Shown piece by piece: positions 53,250 to 63,600 of a stretch of DNA of 64,000 bases. How positions within the stretch are numbered: the first letter of the stretch is position 1; each line of letters opens with the position of its first letter. The stretch comes from Gammaproteobacteria bacterium (GTDB lineage: Bacteria; Pseudomonadota; Gammaproteobacteria; Eutrophobiales; Eutrophobiaceae): NCBI GenBank assembly GCA_965116585.1, contig OZ220714.1:2396115-2460114 (forward strand). Reading direction: 5' to 3'. The notes beneath the pieces were generated by a model that had not been told where the DNA came from, did no database searches, and saw nothing but the letters and a program-made list of their open reading frames with translations. Both the position numbers and the translations under genes were made by a program.

Positions 53250-55109
53250 CTAAATCACCAGCTTGCGCAGTTTCCTGCCGCCGTAGATCAGGTTGATGAT
53301 GCTCCGGGTCACCATGATCGCGGTGAACATGGAGCAGACTATTCCCAGGGACAGAGTTACGGCAAAGCCCTTGATCGGTCCGGTGCCGAAACTGAACAGC
53401 ACGATCGCGGCAAACAAGGTGGTGATGTTGGCGTCGGCAATAGTCGTGAACGCTTTTTCATAGCCGGCATGAATGCTGGCCTGGGGCGAGTTGCCGTTCA
53501 TGATCTCCTCGCGGATGCGCTGAAAAATAAGTACGTTGGCATCCACCGCCATGCCCACGGTGAGCACGATGCCGGCGATACCCGGCAAGGTGAGGGTGGC
53601 TTGCAGCAGCGACAACAAGGCAATGATCAGTACCAGGTTCAAGGCCAGGGCCACGTCCGCGGCCAGGCCGAAAGCTTTGTACCAGAGCGCCATAAAGACC
53701 AATACCAGGACAAACCCGATCTTCACCGACATAAAACCCTTGTCGATATTGTCCTGGCCCAGGCTGGGACCTACCGTGCGTTCTTCAATGATTTCAATGG
53801 GCGCCGCCAGCGCGCCGGCACGCAGCAGCAGGGCCAGGTTGCGGGCTTCTTCGGTGGAATCCAGGCCGGTGATCTGGAAGCGTTTGCCCAGTTGCTCGCG
53901 GATCGTGGCCACGTTGATCACTTCTTCGATGGTTTCCCTGCGTTTTTTCATTGCGCCGTCCACTTCAACGGTTTCCGCCTTGTTCTCGATAAATACTACC
54001 GCCATGTTCCTGCCTACTTCCTCGGCAGTGGCATCGCTGAAGCGCTTTGCGCCCTTGCCGTCCAGGGTAATGGAAACGTTGGGGCTGCCGGAGGCAGAGT
54101 CGAAACCCGATGCGGCGTCAATGATGTAGTCCCCGGTGAGCATGACCTGTTTCTTTAACAGCACCGGGTTGCCCCCCCGGTCGTAATACAGCCGGGACCC
54201 TGCCGGTGTGCGGCCATCCAGCGCATCCTGCGCGGAGTTTTCCTCGTCGGTCATGCGAAATTCCAGCGTTGCAGTGGCGCCCAGGATGGTTTTTGCACGG
54301 GCGGTATCCTGTACTCCGGGCAACTGCACGACTACCCGTTCCAACCCCTGTTGCTGGATGATCGGCTCAGCCACACCCAGTTCGTTCACCCGCTTGCGCA
54401 AGGTGGTGATATTCTGTTGCAAGGCCAGGCGCCGGGTCTCCTTCACGGCGTCCTCGGTTATCCGGGCTAACAGGGGAAATTCGTCATTCTCGGCTGCCGG
54501 TTGCTCAAGCTCCAGGTCGGGGAAGTTGCCTTCTATCTCGGTAATGCCCAAACGGCGTTGCTCGGCATCCCGAAACCGGATCAGCAGACCCCCATCCCGG
54601 CGCCGGGTGATAGTCTTGTAACGCACCCGCTCATCCCGCAACTGCGTCCTGATGTCCGAGACGTAACGTTCTTCCGCCTTGACCACCGCCGCCTCCATGT
54701 CCACTTCCATCAGGAAATGCACACCACCGCGCAGGTCCAGCCCCAGGAACATGGGTTCAGCACCGAATGCGCGCAACCAGTCCGGTGTGGCCGGCGCCAG
54801 GTTCAGGGCCACGGTGTAGGAACGTCCCAGCGCTTCCTTCACTGTGTCCTGGGCCTTGAGCTGGGTTTCCTCATCCTGGAACCTGACCACCAGGTTTCCC
54901 TCGGCCACGGTGATCGCGCCGTAGGTGATAGCTGCCTGGTCCAGGGCATCCTCCACGGCATAGCGGGTAATTTCACTGACCTCTGCCCCGCGCGCCGCGG
55001 ATACCTGCAAGGCCGGGTCCTTGCCATAGATATTGGGTAATGCGTACAGACAGCCGATCGCAATGATGACGATGATCAGCAGGTGTTTCCAGAGCGGGTA
55101 ACGGTTCAT
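53250..55109 (-). CDS. secD: protein translocase subunit SecD
   Basis: 619 aa. Confidence 0.9.
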   Translation of the reverse strand: MNRYPLWKHLLIIVIIAIGCLYALPNIYGKDPALQVSAARGAEVSEITRYAVEDALDQAAITYGAITVAEGNLVVRFQDEETQLKAQDTVKEALGRSYTVALNLAPATPDWLRAFGAEPMFLGLDLRGGVHFLMEVDMEAAVVKAEERYVSDIRTQLRDERVRYKTITRRRDGGLLIRFRDAEQRRLGITEIEGNFPDLELEQPAAENDEFPLLARITEDAVKETRRLALQQNITTLRKRVNELGVAEPIIQQQGLERVVVQLPGVQDTARAKTILGATATLEFRMTDEENSAQDALDGRTPAGSRLYYDRGGNPVLLKKQVMLTGDYIIDAASGFDSASGSPNVSITLDGKGAKRFSDATAEEVGRNMAVVFIENKAETVEVDGAMKKRRETIEEVINVATIREQLGKRFQITGLDSTEEARNLALLLRAGALAAPIEIIEERTVGPSLGQDNIDKGFMSVKIGFVLVLVFMALWYKAFGLAADVALALNLVLIIALLSLLQATLTLPGIAGIVLTVGMAVDANVLIFQRIREEIMNGNSPQASIHAGYEKAFTTIADANITTLFAAIVLFSFGTGPIKGFAVTLSLGIVCSMFTAIMVTRSIINLIYGGRKLRKLVI

Positions 55110-55110
55110 G

Positions 55111-55147
55111 AATCAAGAATTAAGAATTGGGAATCAGGAATTGGTAG
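55111..55147. repeat. solo heptamer array (aatcaag aattaag aattggg aatcagg aattgg), MITE-family fragment E, 2 bp upstream of the secD start
   Basis: No matching right arm found. Confidence 0.5.
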
Positions 55148-55230
55148 TGGTGCAGCCCCCCGGTCCATTCCCATGAAAACGGGGACCCGGTAGCCAACCA
55201 AACTCCTTATAAAGAATGTTTTCTCACTGG

Positions 55231-55250
55231 ATTCCTGCTTGTGCAGGAAT
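55231..55250. repeat. REP-like hairpin attcctgcttgtgcaggaat, between yajC and secD
   Basis: Family CCCATTCCTGCGCAAGCAGGAATCTC. Confidence 0.6.
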
Positions 55251-55301
55251 GACGAACCATGATGCAGCATTATTTATCTCGTTGCGTATAACAAGGCTTC
55301 A

Positions 55302-55628
55302 TCAAAGCGTCTTCAGTGTTCCCTTGGGCATGACTGCGGAAACGGCCTGCTTCTGCACCTTGATCTCCGTCCCCTGGGCAATTTCCAGTACGATGAAATT
55401 ATCCCCCACCTGGTTGATCTTCCCCAGCATGCCGCCGTTGGTGGCCACTTCGTCCCCCTTGGCCAGGTTGCTGACCAGTTGCCGGTGTTCCTTCGCCTGT
55501 TTCATTTGCGGCCGGATCAGGAAGAAATAAAATATGACAAAGAACAGGACCATCATGAACAGGAAAGAACCGCCTCCTCCCTGCCCGGCCCCCTGTGCCC
55601 AAGCGTTGTTTATAAAGAAATCTGTCAT
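55302..55628 (-). CDS. yajC: preprotein translocase subunit YajC
   Basis: 108 aa. Confidence 0.9.
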   Translation of the reverse strand: MTDFFINNAWAQGAGQGGGGSFLFMMVLFFVIFYFFLIRPQMKQAKEHRQLVSNLAKGDEVATNGGMLGKINQVGDNFIVLEIAQGTEIKVQKQAVSAVMPKGTLKTL

Positions 55629-55682
55629 CGCTATGCTACGTGCTGAAATGAAAGGCGCATTATATCACAAGAATAACAACTG

Positions 55683-55746
55683 CCATTCCCGCACAAGCAG
55701 GAATCTCCGTGATACCGGATCCATTGCTGCGGAAGCAGGAATCTCC
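55683..55746. repeat. two tandem REP-like hairpins (gccattcccgcacaagcaggaatctcc and tccattgctgcggaagcaggaatctcc) downstream of msrB
   Basis: Same family as 6275, 33451 and 55231. Confidence 0.6.
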
Positions 55747-55789
55747 TGATAAAGACCCTTGCCTCCGCAGGAGTGGTTCTCTCCGGCAG

Positions 55790-56197
55790 TCAGAGCTTTT
55801 TATCCAGCTCTATCGCCACGGAGTTGATGCAGTAACGCAAGCCAGTGGGCCGCGGGCCATCCGGGAATACGTGGCCCAGGTGCGCGTCACAGGCGCTGCA
55901 CAGTACCTCAGTACGCGGCCTGCCGAACAGGCTGGGGTCAACCTCCGTCTTTACTGCCGTGGTGTTTTCCGGTTCGAAGAAACTGGGCCAGCCGGTACCG
56001 GAGTCAAACTTCGCCGCAGAGTTGAACAAGGACTGCTCGCAACAGGCACAGCGATACGTGCCGGCCTCCTTACAGTCGTTGTACTTGCCGGAAAAAGGAT
56101 GCTCCGTCCCCTTGCGGCGGCATACCTCGAATTGTTCCGGCGTCAGTTCCCGTTGCCATTCCTGTTCGGTTTTCGCAACTTTCTTTATCTCGGACAT
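55790..56197 (-). CDS. msrB: peptide-methionine (R)-S-oxide reductase MsrB
   Basis: CxxC...CxxC zinc site and SelR fold. Confidence 0.9.
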   Translation of the reverse strand: MSEIKKVAKTEQEWQRELTPEQFEVCRRKGTEHPFSGKYNDCKEAGTYRCACCEQSLFNSAAKFDSGTGWPSFFEPENTTAVKTEVDPSLFGRPRTEVLCSACDAHLGHVFPDGPRPTGLRYCINSVAIELDKKL

Positions 56198-56234
56198 ATG
56201 TACACTCCCACAGGCAGAAATTCTCCCCTTCGGG

Positions 56235-57662
56235 TTATAACACAGGAGAGGAAATCATAACATGTTCATGCCCCGGCGCTTGCGGGACAGCTTCCTGCGC
56301 CGCATCTGCATAGCTCAGGTGCGCCAGCATAGCGTTGTACTTGCGTATGTTTTCCACAAACCTGACCGGTTCACCGCCCCTGGCATGGCCGAACCGGGTC
56401 TGCGAGTACCACTCATGCCGGCTCAACAGGGGCAGGTTCTGTTTCACGTCGGCCCAGACATCAGGGTTGCCGCCGTTCTTTTCGGTGATCATCCTGGCAT
56501 CTTCCAGGTGGCCGAAGCCAACGTTGTAAGCAGCCAGGGCGAGCCAGGTGCGGTCCGGTTCGGGTATGCGCTCCGGTATTTTATTTACCAGGGTGGTCAG
56601 ATACCTGGCGCCGCCATGGATGCTCAGCACCGGGTCCAGGCGATCGCTGATGCCGACCTGTTGCGCGGTTTGCAGAGTCAGCATCATCAGCCCGCGCACG
56701 CCGGTTGGTGAGCGCGCCGTTTTTTTCCAATGGGATTCCTGATAGCTGATGGCGGCCAACAAGCGCCAGTCAAAGCCAAACTCGTTCTCGGCGCTCATGA
56801 AATAAGGTTTCAGCTCCGGCAACACCTCGTTATAACGATCGATGAACCGGCGTGTCTCCACGTAATCAAGTGAATCTGCAAAGGTGTAGCTCTGCTCCAG
56901 CAGTTCGTCCAGTTGGCCATTATCCCTGATGTGCTCGTGAAACTGCCGGATTGCCCCGAGCAGAGAGTCATCACCCGGTATGCGTTTGACTGCCCAGCCC
57001 AGTGGCTCGGGAGAACTCAGGTCAAAGGCTACTCGTAGTTCCGGCAGGGAGATGCGTGCCAGGGCCACTTCGTTGGAACCCGCCACACCGTAGAGGATTT
57101 GACCGTATTCCACCATTTCCAGCAGGTCGAAGCTGTCCTTGTCCTCGTGTATCACCAGTTCCAGGTCAGGATAATGGAAGCGCAAGCGTTCGAGTTCCTC
57201 CCGCGGGAGGGCATTAGGGGTGAGGTGCAGCTTGTGCGGGGTTATCCCGGCCAGTGTGGCTGGACGGATATAACCGTAACGGTACACCACCTGGTGGGTC
57301 ACCCACTGGAAGCCCGGACCGTACCTCAGCGGGTCCTCCGGCCTGAACGTCCTGGTCAGGCCGGCCGCGGCAAGGTCAGCCTGCCCGGAGGCCAGTAGAT
57401 CACTTATCTCCTTCCTGTCGTGCGCGAGGATCAGTTTGAAATCAATATCCATCCAGTCCGCGCACAGTCTCACCAGTTCGTATTCCAGTCCGCGTTCCAC
57501 TTTTTCCCTGTTCTGCTCATACGTCGCCGGGTTCAGTGTGGTGGCCACATGCAGCGTGCCGCGCGCACGGATCAGTTCCAGTTGGGATGTTTCCTCGGCG
57601 CAACCCGGCAGTAGCAGGCAGACGGACAGCGCAAGCAAGAGAGGGAAAAGTTTCACCGTCAA
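56235..57662 (-). CDS. mltF: membrane-bound lytic murein transglycosylase F
   Basis: Lipoprotein signal (LLPGC), solute-binding-like domain plus SLT domain. Confidence 0.85.
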   Translation of the reverse strand: MTVKLFPLLLALSVCLLLPGCAEETSQLELIRARGTLHVATTLNPATYEQNREKVERGLEYELVRLCADWMDIDFKLILAHDRKEISDLLASGQADLAAAGLTRTFRPEDPLRYGPGFQWVTHQVVYRYGYIRPATLAGITPHKLHLTPNALPREELERLRFHYPDLELVIHEDKDSFDLLEMVEYGQILYGVAGSNEVALARISLPELRVAFDLSSPEPLGWAVKRIPGDDSLLGAIRQFHEHIRDNGQLDELLEQSYTFADSLDYVETRRFIDRYNEVLPELKPYFMSAENEFGFDWRLLAAISYQESHWKKTARSPTGVRGLMMLTLQTAQQVGISDRLDPVLSIHGGARYLTTLVNKIPERIPEPDRTWLALAAYNVGFGHLEDARMITEKNGGNPDVWADVKQNLPLLSRHEWYSQTRFGHARGGEPVRFVENIRKYNAMLAHLSYADAAQEAVPQAPGHEHVMISSPVL

Positions 57663-58660
57663 ACCCGTTGCGCCAGCACCAGGGAGAAATAGCGGTTATC
57701 CGGCTCAAAGTGGCGGATGATCGCCAGTCCGGACTCTGCCAGTAATGTTTCCAGTTCATCAAAGTAAAACTTGTAACTTAACTCGGTCATTATCTCCTCA
57801 CTGCATTCCAGTCGGAAGCTCAGGCCGGCTTTGCCCAGGGTAATGTCCTGGCGCAAGCGGGACACCAGGTACATCTCTATTCTGCCCGACTCGTTATTGT
57901 ATATGGCCTGGTGGACAAAATTATCCATCCGGAAGTTCCCATCCAGTTCACGGTTCAGGACGTGTAACAGATTCAGATTGAACTTTGCGGTGATTCCCTG
58001 TGCATCGTTGTAGGCGGCATTCAGTACGGTGGCATCCTTTACCCGGTCTGCGCCCAGTAACAGGAAATCACCCGGCTCCATCTGTCGGTGGATAGCGCTG
58101 ATGAAGGCGCGCGCTTCCCCAGGGTTGAAATTACCGATTGTGCTGCCCAGGAACAGGAACATCCTGACGCCGGAACAGTCCGGCAAGTGTTCCAGTCCCG
58201 CGAGGTAGTCTCCCAGCAACAGCCTGATTTCCAGCCAGTGGTATTTATCCTGTAGTCTGCCGGCTGCTTCCAGCAAGGATGACTCACAGATATCGAAGGG
58301 CATATACCCGCAGCGATGGCCTTGCCGTTCACAGGCATCGAACAGGTTCATGGTCTTGTTCGAGCTGCCGCTGCCCAGTTCGATGAGGTAATCGGGGCAG
58401 GTCAGCATGATGATATCATTGCCATGGCGCTGTAATAACGCTGCCTCGGTACGGGTCAGGTAGTACTCAGGCGTTGCGCAGATATGACGGAACAACAGTG
58501 CCCCGCGTGCGTCGTAAAAATATTTGGGAGGTAGGGAGCGTGGAGGTGTGGCCAGTCCCGCCCGGGCATCCTCCTTCAGGTCGGGCACATGTCTGGCCGG
58601 CACTATCGGGAGGCATTGAATATCAGTCGAATGACGTTTGAGGTCGGTGGTGGTTTCCAT
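57659..58660 (-). CDS. EgtD-like SAM-dependent histidine N-alpha-methyltransferase family protein
   Basis: PKYFYDARGALLFRHICATPEYYLTRTE... matches the EgtD/Methyltransf_33 N-terminus. Stop overlaps the mltF start by 4 nt. Confidence 0.7.
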   Translation of the reverse strand: METTTDLKRHSTDIQCLPIVPARHVPDLKEDARAGLATPPRSLPPKYFYDARGALLFRHICATPEYYLTRTEAALLQRHGNDIIMLTCPDYLIELGSGSSNKTMNLFDACERQGHRCGYMPFDICESSLLEAAGRLQDKYHWLEIRLLLGDYLAGLEHLPDCSGVRMFLFLGSTIGNFNPGEARAFISAIHRQMEPGDFLLLGADRVKDATVLNAAYNDAQGITAKFNLNLLHVLNRELDGNFRMDNFVHQAIYNNESGRIEMYLVSRLRQDITLGKAGLSFRLECSEEIMTELSYKFYFDELETLLAESGLAIIRHFEPDNRYFSLVLAQRV

Positions 58661-58704
58661 GAGCAGGTATCCTGCAACAACGAGGACGATGATAAACTTA
58701 ATTC

Positions 58705-59946
58705 ATGACCAAGTCAGCCCGATATTTTCTACTGTTGCTGAGCGTGCACTTGTCTCAACCTTCGGCGCAGGACTCTGTTGATGCCGAACAGCAGCAAGCC
58801 GCCGCCAACTACGAAGCGCGTATCACCGAACTGGAGGCAGCCGCTGGTCCCCACGCCGCAGAGCTTGCCGAGGTTCGTTTGAGTCTGGGTTTGTTGCGCC
58901 AACAGGCGGGAGACCATGGGCAGGCGCTGGCGGCGTTGCAGGACGCGCTGCAAACGGTGCGCGTCAACGACGGGCTGTACAGCATGAGCCAGATCGCCAT
59001 TCTGGAAGCCATCATCGACAGCCATGTGGCCCTGGGCGCCAGGGACGAACTGCGCCGCGACTACGAATACCTGTTCTGGTTATACTCGCGCAACTACGGC
59101 ACGGATAACGCCGGCCTCGTGCCGGTGATAAAGAGAGTAGGGCAGTGGTACTTCAATCTGTATAACCTGGCGCCGCCCAACACAACAGTAGAGCCCCTGA
59201 TAGCCGCAGACGATCTGTATGCAAAAGCGCTGAAGATTCTGCCTGAAGACAGCCCGTCCCGGGACCGGATAGACATATTATATAAGGTAGCTGTCATCAA
59301 CCATCACATCGCTGAGGACATAAAGGACCCCATGCTTTCCCACCGGGAGATACGTGAAGCCATGATCCCGCATGGCCGGGCCTCTCCCTATGTCAACGAA
59401 GTGGCTGTGCGGCAGTACTATGCCGACCAGAGTTTCTACAAGGGCAAGCGTTCACTGAAGCGTATCGTAGAGTCTTATGAAAAAGACCTGCCCGGTACGC
59501 TGATGGACTATGCCCGGGCGCTGGTGTTCATGGGCGACTGGCTGACCGTACAGCGCCGGGTGATGGAAGGCGCCCGCATGTATCGACGCGCCTGGGCCGC
59601 CCTGGCCGACCACAACGCAGACCCGGCCCAGGTGGATGAACTGTTCGGCGAGCCGCAGCCCATTGAGCAGCTTCCCATCCCCGGCGAACCGGAACCGGAA
59701 GCCGATCAGGACAGCTACTACGTAGACGCGCTGCTGGACGTACCCGCATCAGGCTGGCCCCGGAATATCAGGATACAGGCAACCCACCCGTCCGCAGAAA
59801 CCACGTTAATCAAACGCGCCGAACGCGGTATTGCAGCTACTCGCTACCGTCCCCGCTACGACAGCGGCCAACCGGTCGGCACTACGGATATTTCCCTGCG
59901 CTTCGTCTTCAAGTACCAGCAGCAGCCCGGCTGGTTTCATTTTTGA
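58705..59946 (+). CDS. secreted hypothetical protein, TPR-like N-region plus TonB-C-like C-terminal domain
   Basis: Signal peptide; C-terminal ~90 aa resemble the TonB_C fold. Confidence 0.55.
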   Translation: MTKSARYFLLLLSVHLSQPSAQDSVDAEQQQAAANYEARITELEAAAGPHAAELAEVRLSLGLLRQQAGDHGQALAALQDALQTVRVNDGLYSMSQIAILEAIIDSHVALGARDELRRDYEYLFWLYSRNYGTDNAGLVPVIKRVGQWYFNLYNLAPPNTTVEPLIAADDLYAKALKILPEDSPSRDRIDILYKVAVINHHIAEDIKDPMLSHREIREAMIPHGRASPYVNEVAVRQYYADQSFYKGKRSLKRIVESYEKDLPGTLMDYARALVFMGDWLTVQRRVMEGARMYRRAWAALADHNADPAQVDELFGEPQPIEQLPIPGEPEPEADQDSYYVDALLDVPASGWPRNIRIQATHPSAETTLIKRAERGIAATRYRPRYDSGQPVGTTDISLRFVFKYQQQPGWFHF

Positions 59947-60269
59947 TCTGGCAACATTTCAGGTTGAACGGCCTAAACCAAGTTCGGAAACAGTCTGGAA
60001 ATAGATAGTCCTGAGACAGATGACAGAGATGAGCGTCATACGAGTCGCGACAGATTATTTTCCATGACAGATTCCTCCTTATCGGTTCGGTTCAGTTGGC
60101 GTTCAACAACAGCCGGACATGGAAGACCGGCACGTGATAATATCAGTCTATGCGGGAGGAAAAGGGTGAGGGGAGAAAAATTCCAGAGTAATTTCGGGAC
60201 AAGCAGGCCGGAAGCCCTGGACAAACACCCGAATATAGGTAAAAATACCCCAATTCGGTCATTTTGGCG

Positions 60270-60590
60270 TATACTTGACAGGAATTCCTGATAAACTACT
60301 AAAAACTTGACATCAGAATATTTTTTTTCTTATTATTCTGTTGACAACACTGAACAAACCTGACATATTGCGAACATTTTAAGGCAACAGGGGCATTCAG
60401 CGGGCAAATACGTTGACAGACCTGCAACTTTTTTCTATTATGCAGTTGACATATTCCATGAATAGCGGCATATTGCAACATATCAGAAAAGGTTGTATCA
60501 TGGCCAACAGACCATGGGGAGCCCCATTGACAAGATTTAGAAAGTTAGTTGTTGACATATACACGCCAAAGTGCGATATTTGTGAACAAT
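60270..60590 (+). promoter_or_regulatory. tandem sigma70-like promoter array in an AT-rich island: 7 TTGACA hexamers, two of them in near-identical TTGACA-N17-ttttttc-TATTAT modules
   Basis: TTGACA at 60275, 60307, 60341, 60413, 60446, 60527, 60552. TATTAT at 60331 and 60436. AGGAG Shine-Dalgarno at 60672-60676 before the RTX ATG. Confidence 0.55.
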
Positions 60591-60684
60591 GATTGTTTTT
60601 TTTCAAAAGTATGTAATAATGCGATTTACCGCATAAATACGTAAAGAATTCGTTTACTTCTACTGATTAACAGGAGAAAAAGAT

Positions 60685-63600
60685 ATGCCTTACAAAGTCG
60701 AAACTATGTTGATGGGAGGGGATGCGCCTAATGACACCTCGACAGAACTTTGCTTCAATCCGCCCAATGGGCCGTTCGAGGGCAACGAGGTAACGGGCAC
60801 CATCACCACAAGGGGCGATGAAGACTGGATTGCCATAGAACTCAGTGAGGGCAAGGAATACACCATTACCGTGGCTACCAGGCATACCATGGATGCTGAC
60901 GATACAGTCGATTCTGATGAGGATGGTACGGATGATAACGATCGGGACGCTGGCGGCCTCAACGACTCCGTCCTGAAGTTGCTGGATGGCAAGGGTGGCG
61001 TGATCGACATGAACGACGATATCGACGCGGCAAAGGGCATGCTGAATTCGGAGTTGAAGTTTACGCCTGAGGCAGGCAGCGGTACGCAGAAGTATTACAT
61101 CAGCGTCAGTGGCTACACGGGCAACCCGGGCGCCAATAATACCGGTGGTTACACAGTCTCAGTGTCAGAGAAGGCTGTGTTGGCGGTTGGTTCGGGTGTG
61201 GGCATACCGGGCACCGACAATGCTGACAAGCTTTTCGGTACTGACCTGTCAGAATCCATTACAGGTATGGGCGGCGATGACACCATAGACGGCATGGGCG
61301 GCGATGACACCATAGACGGCGGTGACGGCAACGACCTGCTTATCGGCGGCAAGGGCGCTGACAAGCTGACGGGTGGTGATGGGGACATGGACACCATAAG
61401 CTACCGTGGTTCCGTAGCAGGCGTGACCATCAACTTGTCTGACGGCACGGCCAGGGGTGGCGATGCTGAGGGCGATACGATTAGCGATGATATTGAGAAC
61501 GTCATAGGTTCCGAACATGACGACATGCTGACCGGCAACAGGGCAGTCAACAGTCTCTGGGGCCTGGGCGGCAATGATGAACTCGACGGTGGTCGCAGAA
61601 ATGACAAGCTGTACGGCGGCGCTGGCGATGACATGCTGGACGGCGGCGCCGGCAATGATACGCTGGAAGGCGGTTACGGCGCCGACATGCTGACCGGTGG
61701 CGAGGGCGATGATACTGCCTCCTACAGCATGTCCATGATGGGCGTCACGGTGCGCCTGCACAGTGGCCAGGCCATGGGCGGTGACGCCGAAGGCGACACC
61801 TGGAACCTGTCTGTTCCCCAAACGTATACCAACGGTGATGAAGAAGAGGTTGAAGTAAACCTTGCCGATATCATAAACCTGACCGGTTCGGCCAATGACG
61901 ACATCCTGGCGGGCGACATGAGGGACAACATCATCATGGGCGGCGCCGGCAACGACAGGATTTACGGTGGCCCGAACCCGGCTGATGCGGACACGGAGTC
62001 GGATGCAGGCCTTAGCAATGCCGACACCCTGCACGGTGACGGCGGCGACGACAGGATCTTCGGCGGCATCGGCGGCGATATCCTCAGGGGCGGCGCCGGG
62101 GATGACATGCTGCATGGCGGTCCGGGTAATGACACGTTCTGGGGTGGCCACGGTAGCGACATGATCTACGCCGATGCTATGGATACCCACATTTATGGCA
62201 ATCGCCCGGATAATACCGAGCCGGACGGTACCGTGATTGACCCTGCTACTGCTGACGTTGACGAAAGCATGGAAATGGAAGGCGATGTCGACACCGTTTC
62301 CTATGCGAGGCTGGAAGAGGGAATAACCAGGACACTTGGTAGTGATGGAACGGGCAGTGCAGATGCGACTGATGGTACTAATATTCTCATTATGGGAATT
62401 GAAAACATTATCGGCACCCAAGGTGATGACACTATTACCGGCGATACCGGTGCTAACGTTATCGAAGGTGGTGAAGGCGGTGATGACCTTGACGGCGGAG
62501 ATGGAATCGATACCCTTTCTTATGAAAGTTCCGACGACTGGGTCAGAGTAACACTGAATGGCGCTAGCGCGGCGACTACCTCCAGGGGGCATGCTTCAGG
62601 CGATGAGGCCGAGAATTTCGAAAACCTCACAGGGTCTGCTTATGATGACGACCTGACCGGTGATGATGTGGCGGCTGGGAATGTGATCAAGGGTCTGGCC
62701 GGCGATGATGATATCGAAGGCATGGGCGGCAACGACACAATAGAAGGTGGCGCCGGCGCCGATGAGTTGGACGGCGGTTACACTCCTGTTAATGCTGCGG
62801 GTACTGATGCGGGTACTAGTCCGGCTGATGATGGTAATAGGAATTTCGAAGCGAACACCTTGTCCTATGCAAATTCAGACGCGGGTGTCACGGTGAACCT
62901 GGCGACTGCCAGTGCTTCCGGCGGCCATGCTACGGGCGATACCATTGCGACTTACGAAGAGCTTTCTCCCACGACCGAGGATCCGGACAACGAGGTTGAC
63001 GTTGCTACGTTTGCGCACGTCGTCGGGTCCATGTACGGTGACCGGCTGACCGGTGACAAACAAGACAACCACCTGACCGGTGGCGGTGGTGATGACACCC
63101 TCAGGAGTGGAGCCGGCGCCGACCGCGTTATAGGCGGCCCCGGTGCGGACGTGCTCGACGGTGGCGAGGACATGGGTGAAAAGAACGATATGGTCCCGAA
63201 CCCTGCATTTGATGCCACACTGGATGAAAGTGATGCTAATCCCAGAATGGTCGCCGCTTCCGTGGACTGGGCAGTCTACAAGCACGCGGCGGCGGGCGTC
63301 ACGGTGGACCTGTCAACCGGCATGGGCACCGGCGGTGAGGCCATGGGCGATACTTTGATGAACATTGAGTTGATCTGGGGTTCCGAACATGCCGACACCT
63401 TCATAGCCAGTTCCGGAGCCGATACCATCGAAGGTGACGGCGGCAGCGATACCGTCTCCTACGAGGCCTCGTCAATGGGCGTCACGGTCAACCTGGGTGA
63501 AAGCACTCAGCACAGGATAGCGACAGCCACTGGCACAGGCACCGAGGCCGACCCGTTTGTATTCCCTGTAGACGATCCGGCTACGGTCGTTCGGCCTACG

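Noticed and set aside
60064-60606. Small ORFs inside the AT-rich island (60064..60291 +, 60397..60606 -)
   Set aside because: No Shine-Dalgarno, odd composition, and they overlap the promoter hexamer array; more likely non-coding regulatory DNA.
60730-60760. RGD tripeptide (TTRGDEDW) in the RTX N-terminal domain as an integrin-binding motif
   Set aside because: A single RGD inside a beta-strand-like PPC motif is most likely coincidental; no supporting context.
61249-62592. Long minus-strand ORFs (447 aa and others) across the RTX region, plus many + and - strand ORFs of 60-350 aa overlapping dcw, sucCD, nadE, clpB etc. (e.g. 3575..4636+, 21464..22534-, 15753..16592-)
   Set aside because: High GC and repetitive GGxGxD coding keep antisense frames open. 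Their products are low-complexity Ala/Arg/Pro/Ser-rich with no recognisable motifs. The sense-strand genes have clear homology and canonical operon junctions.
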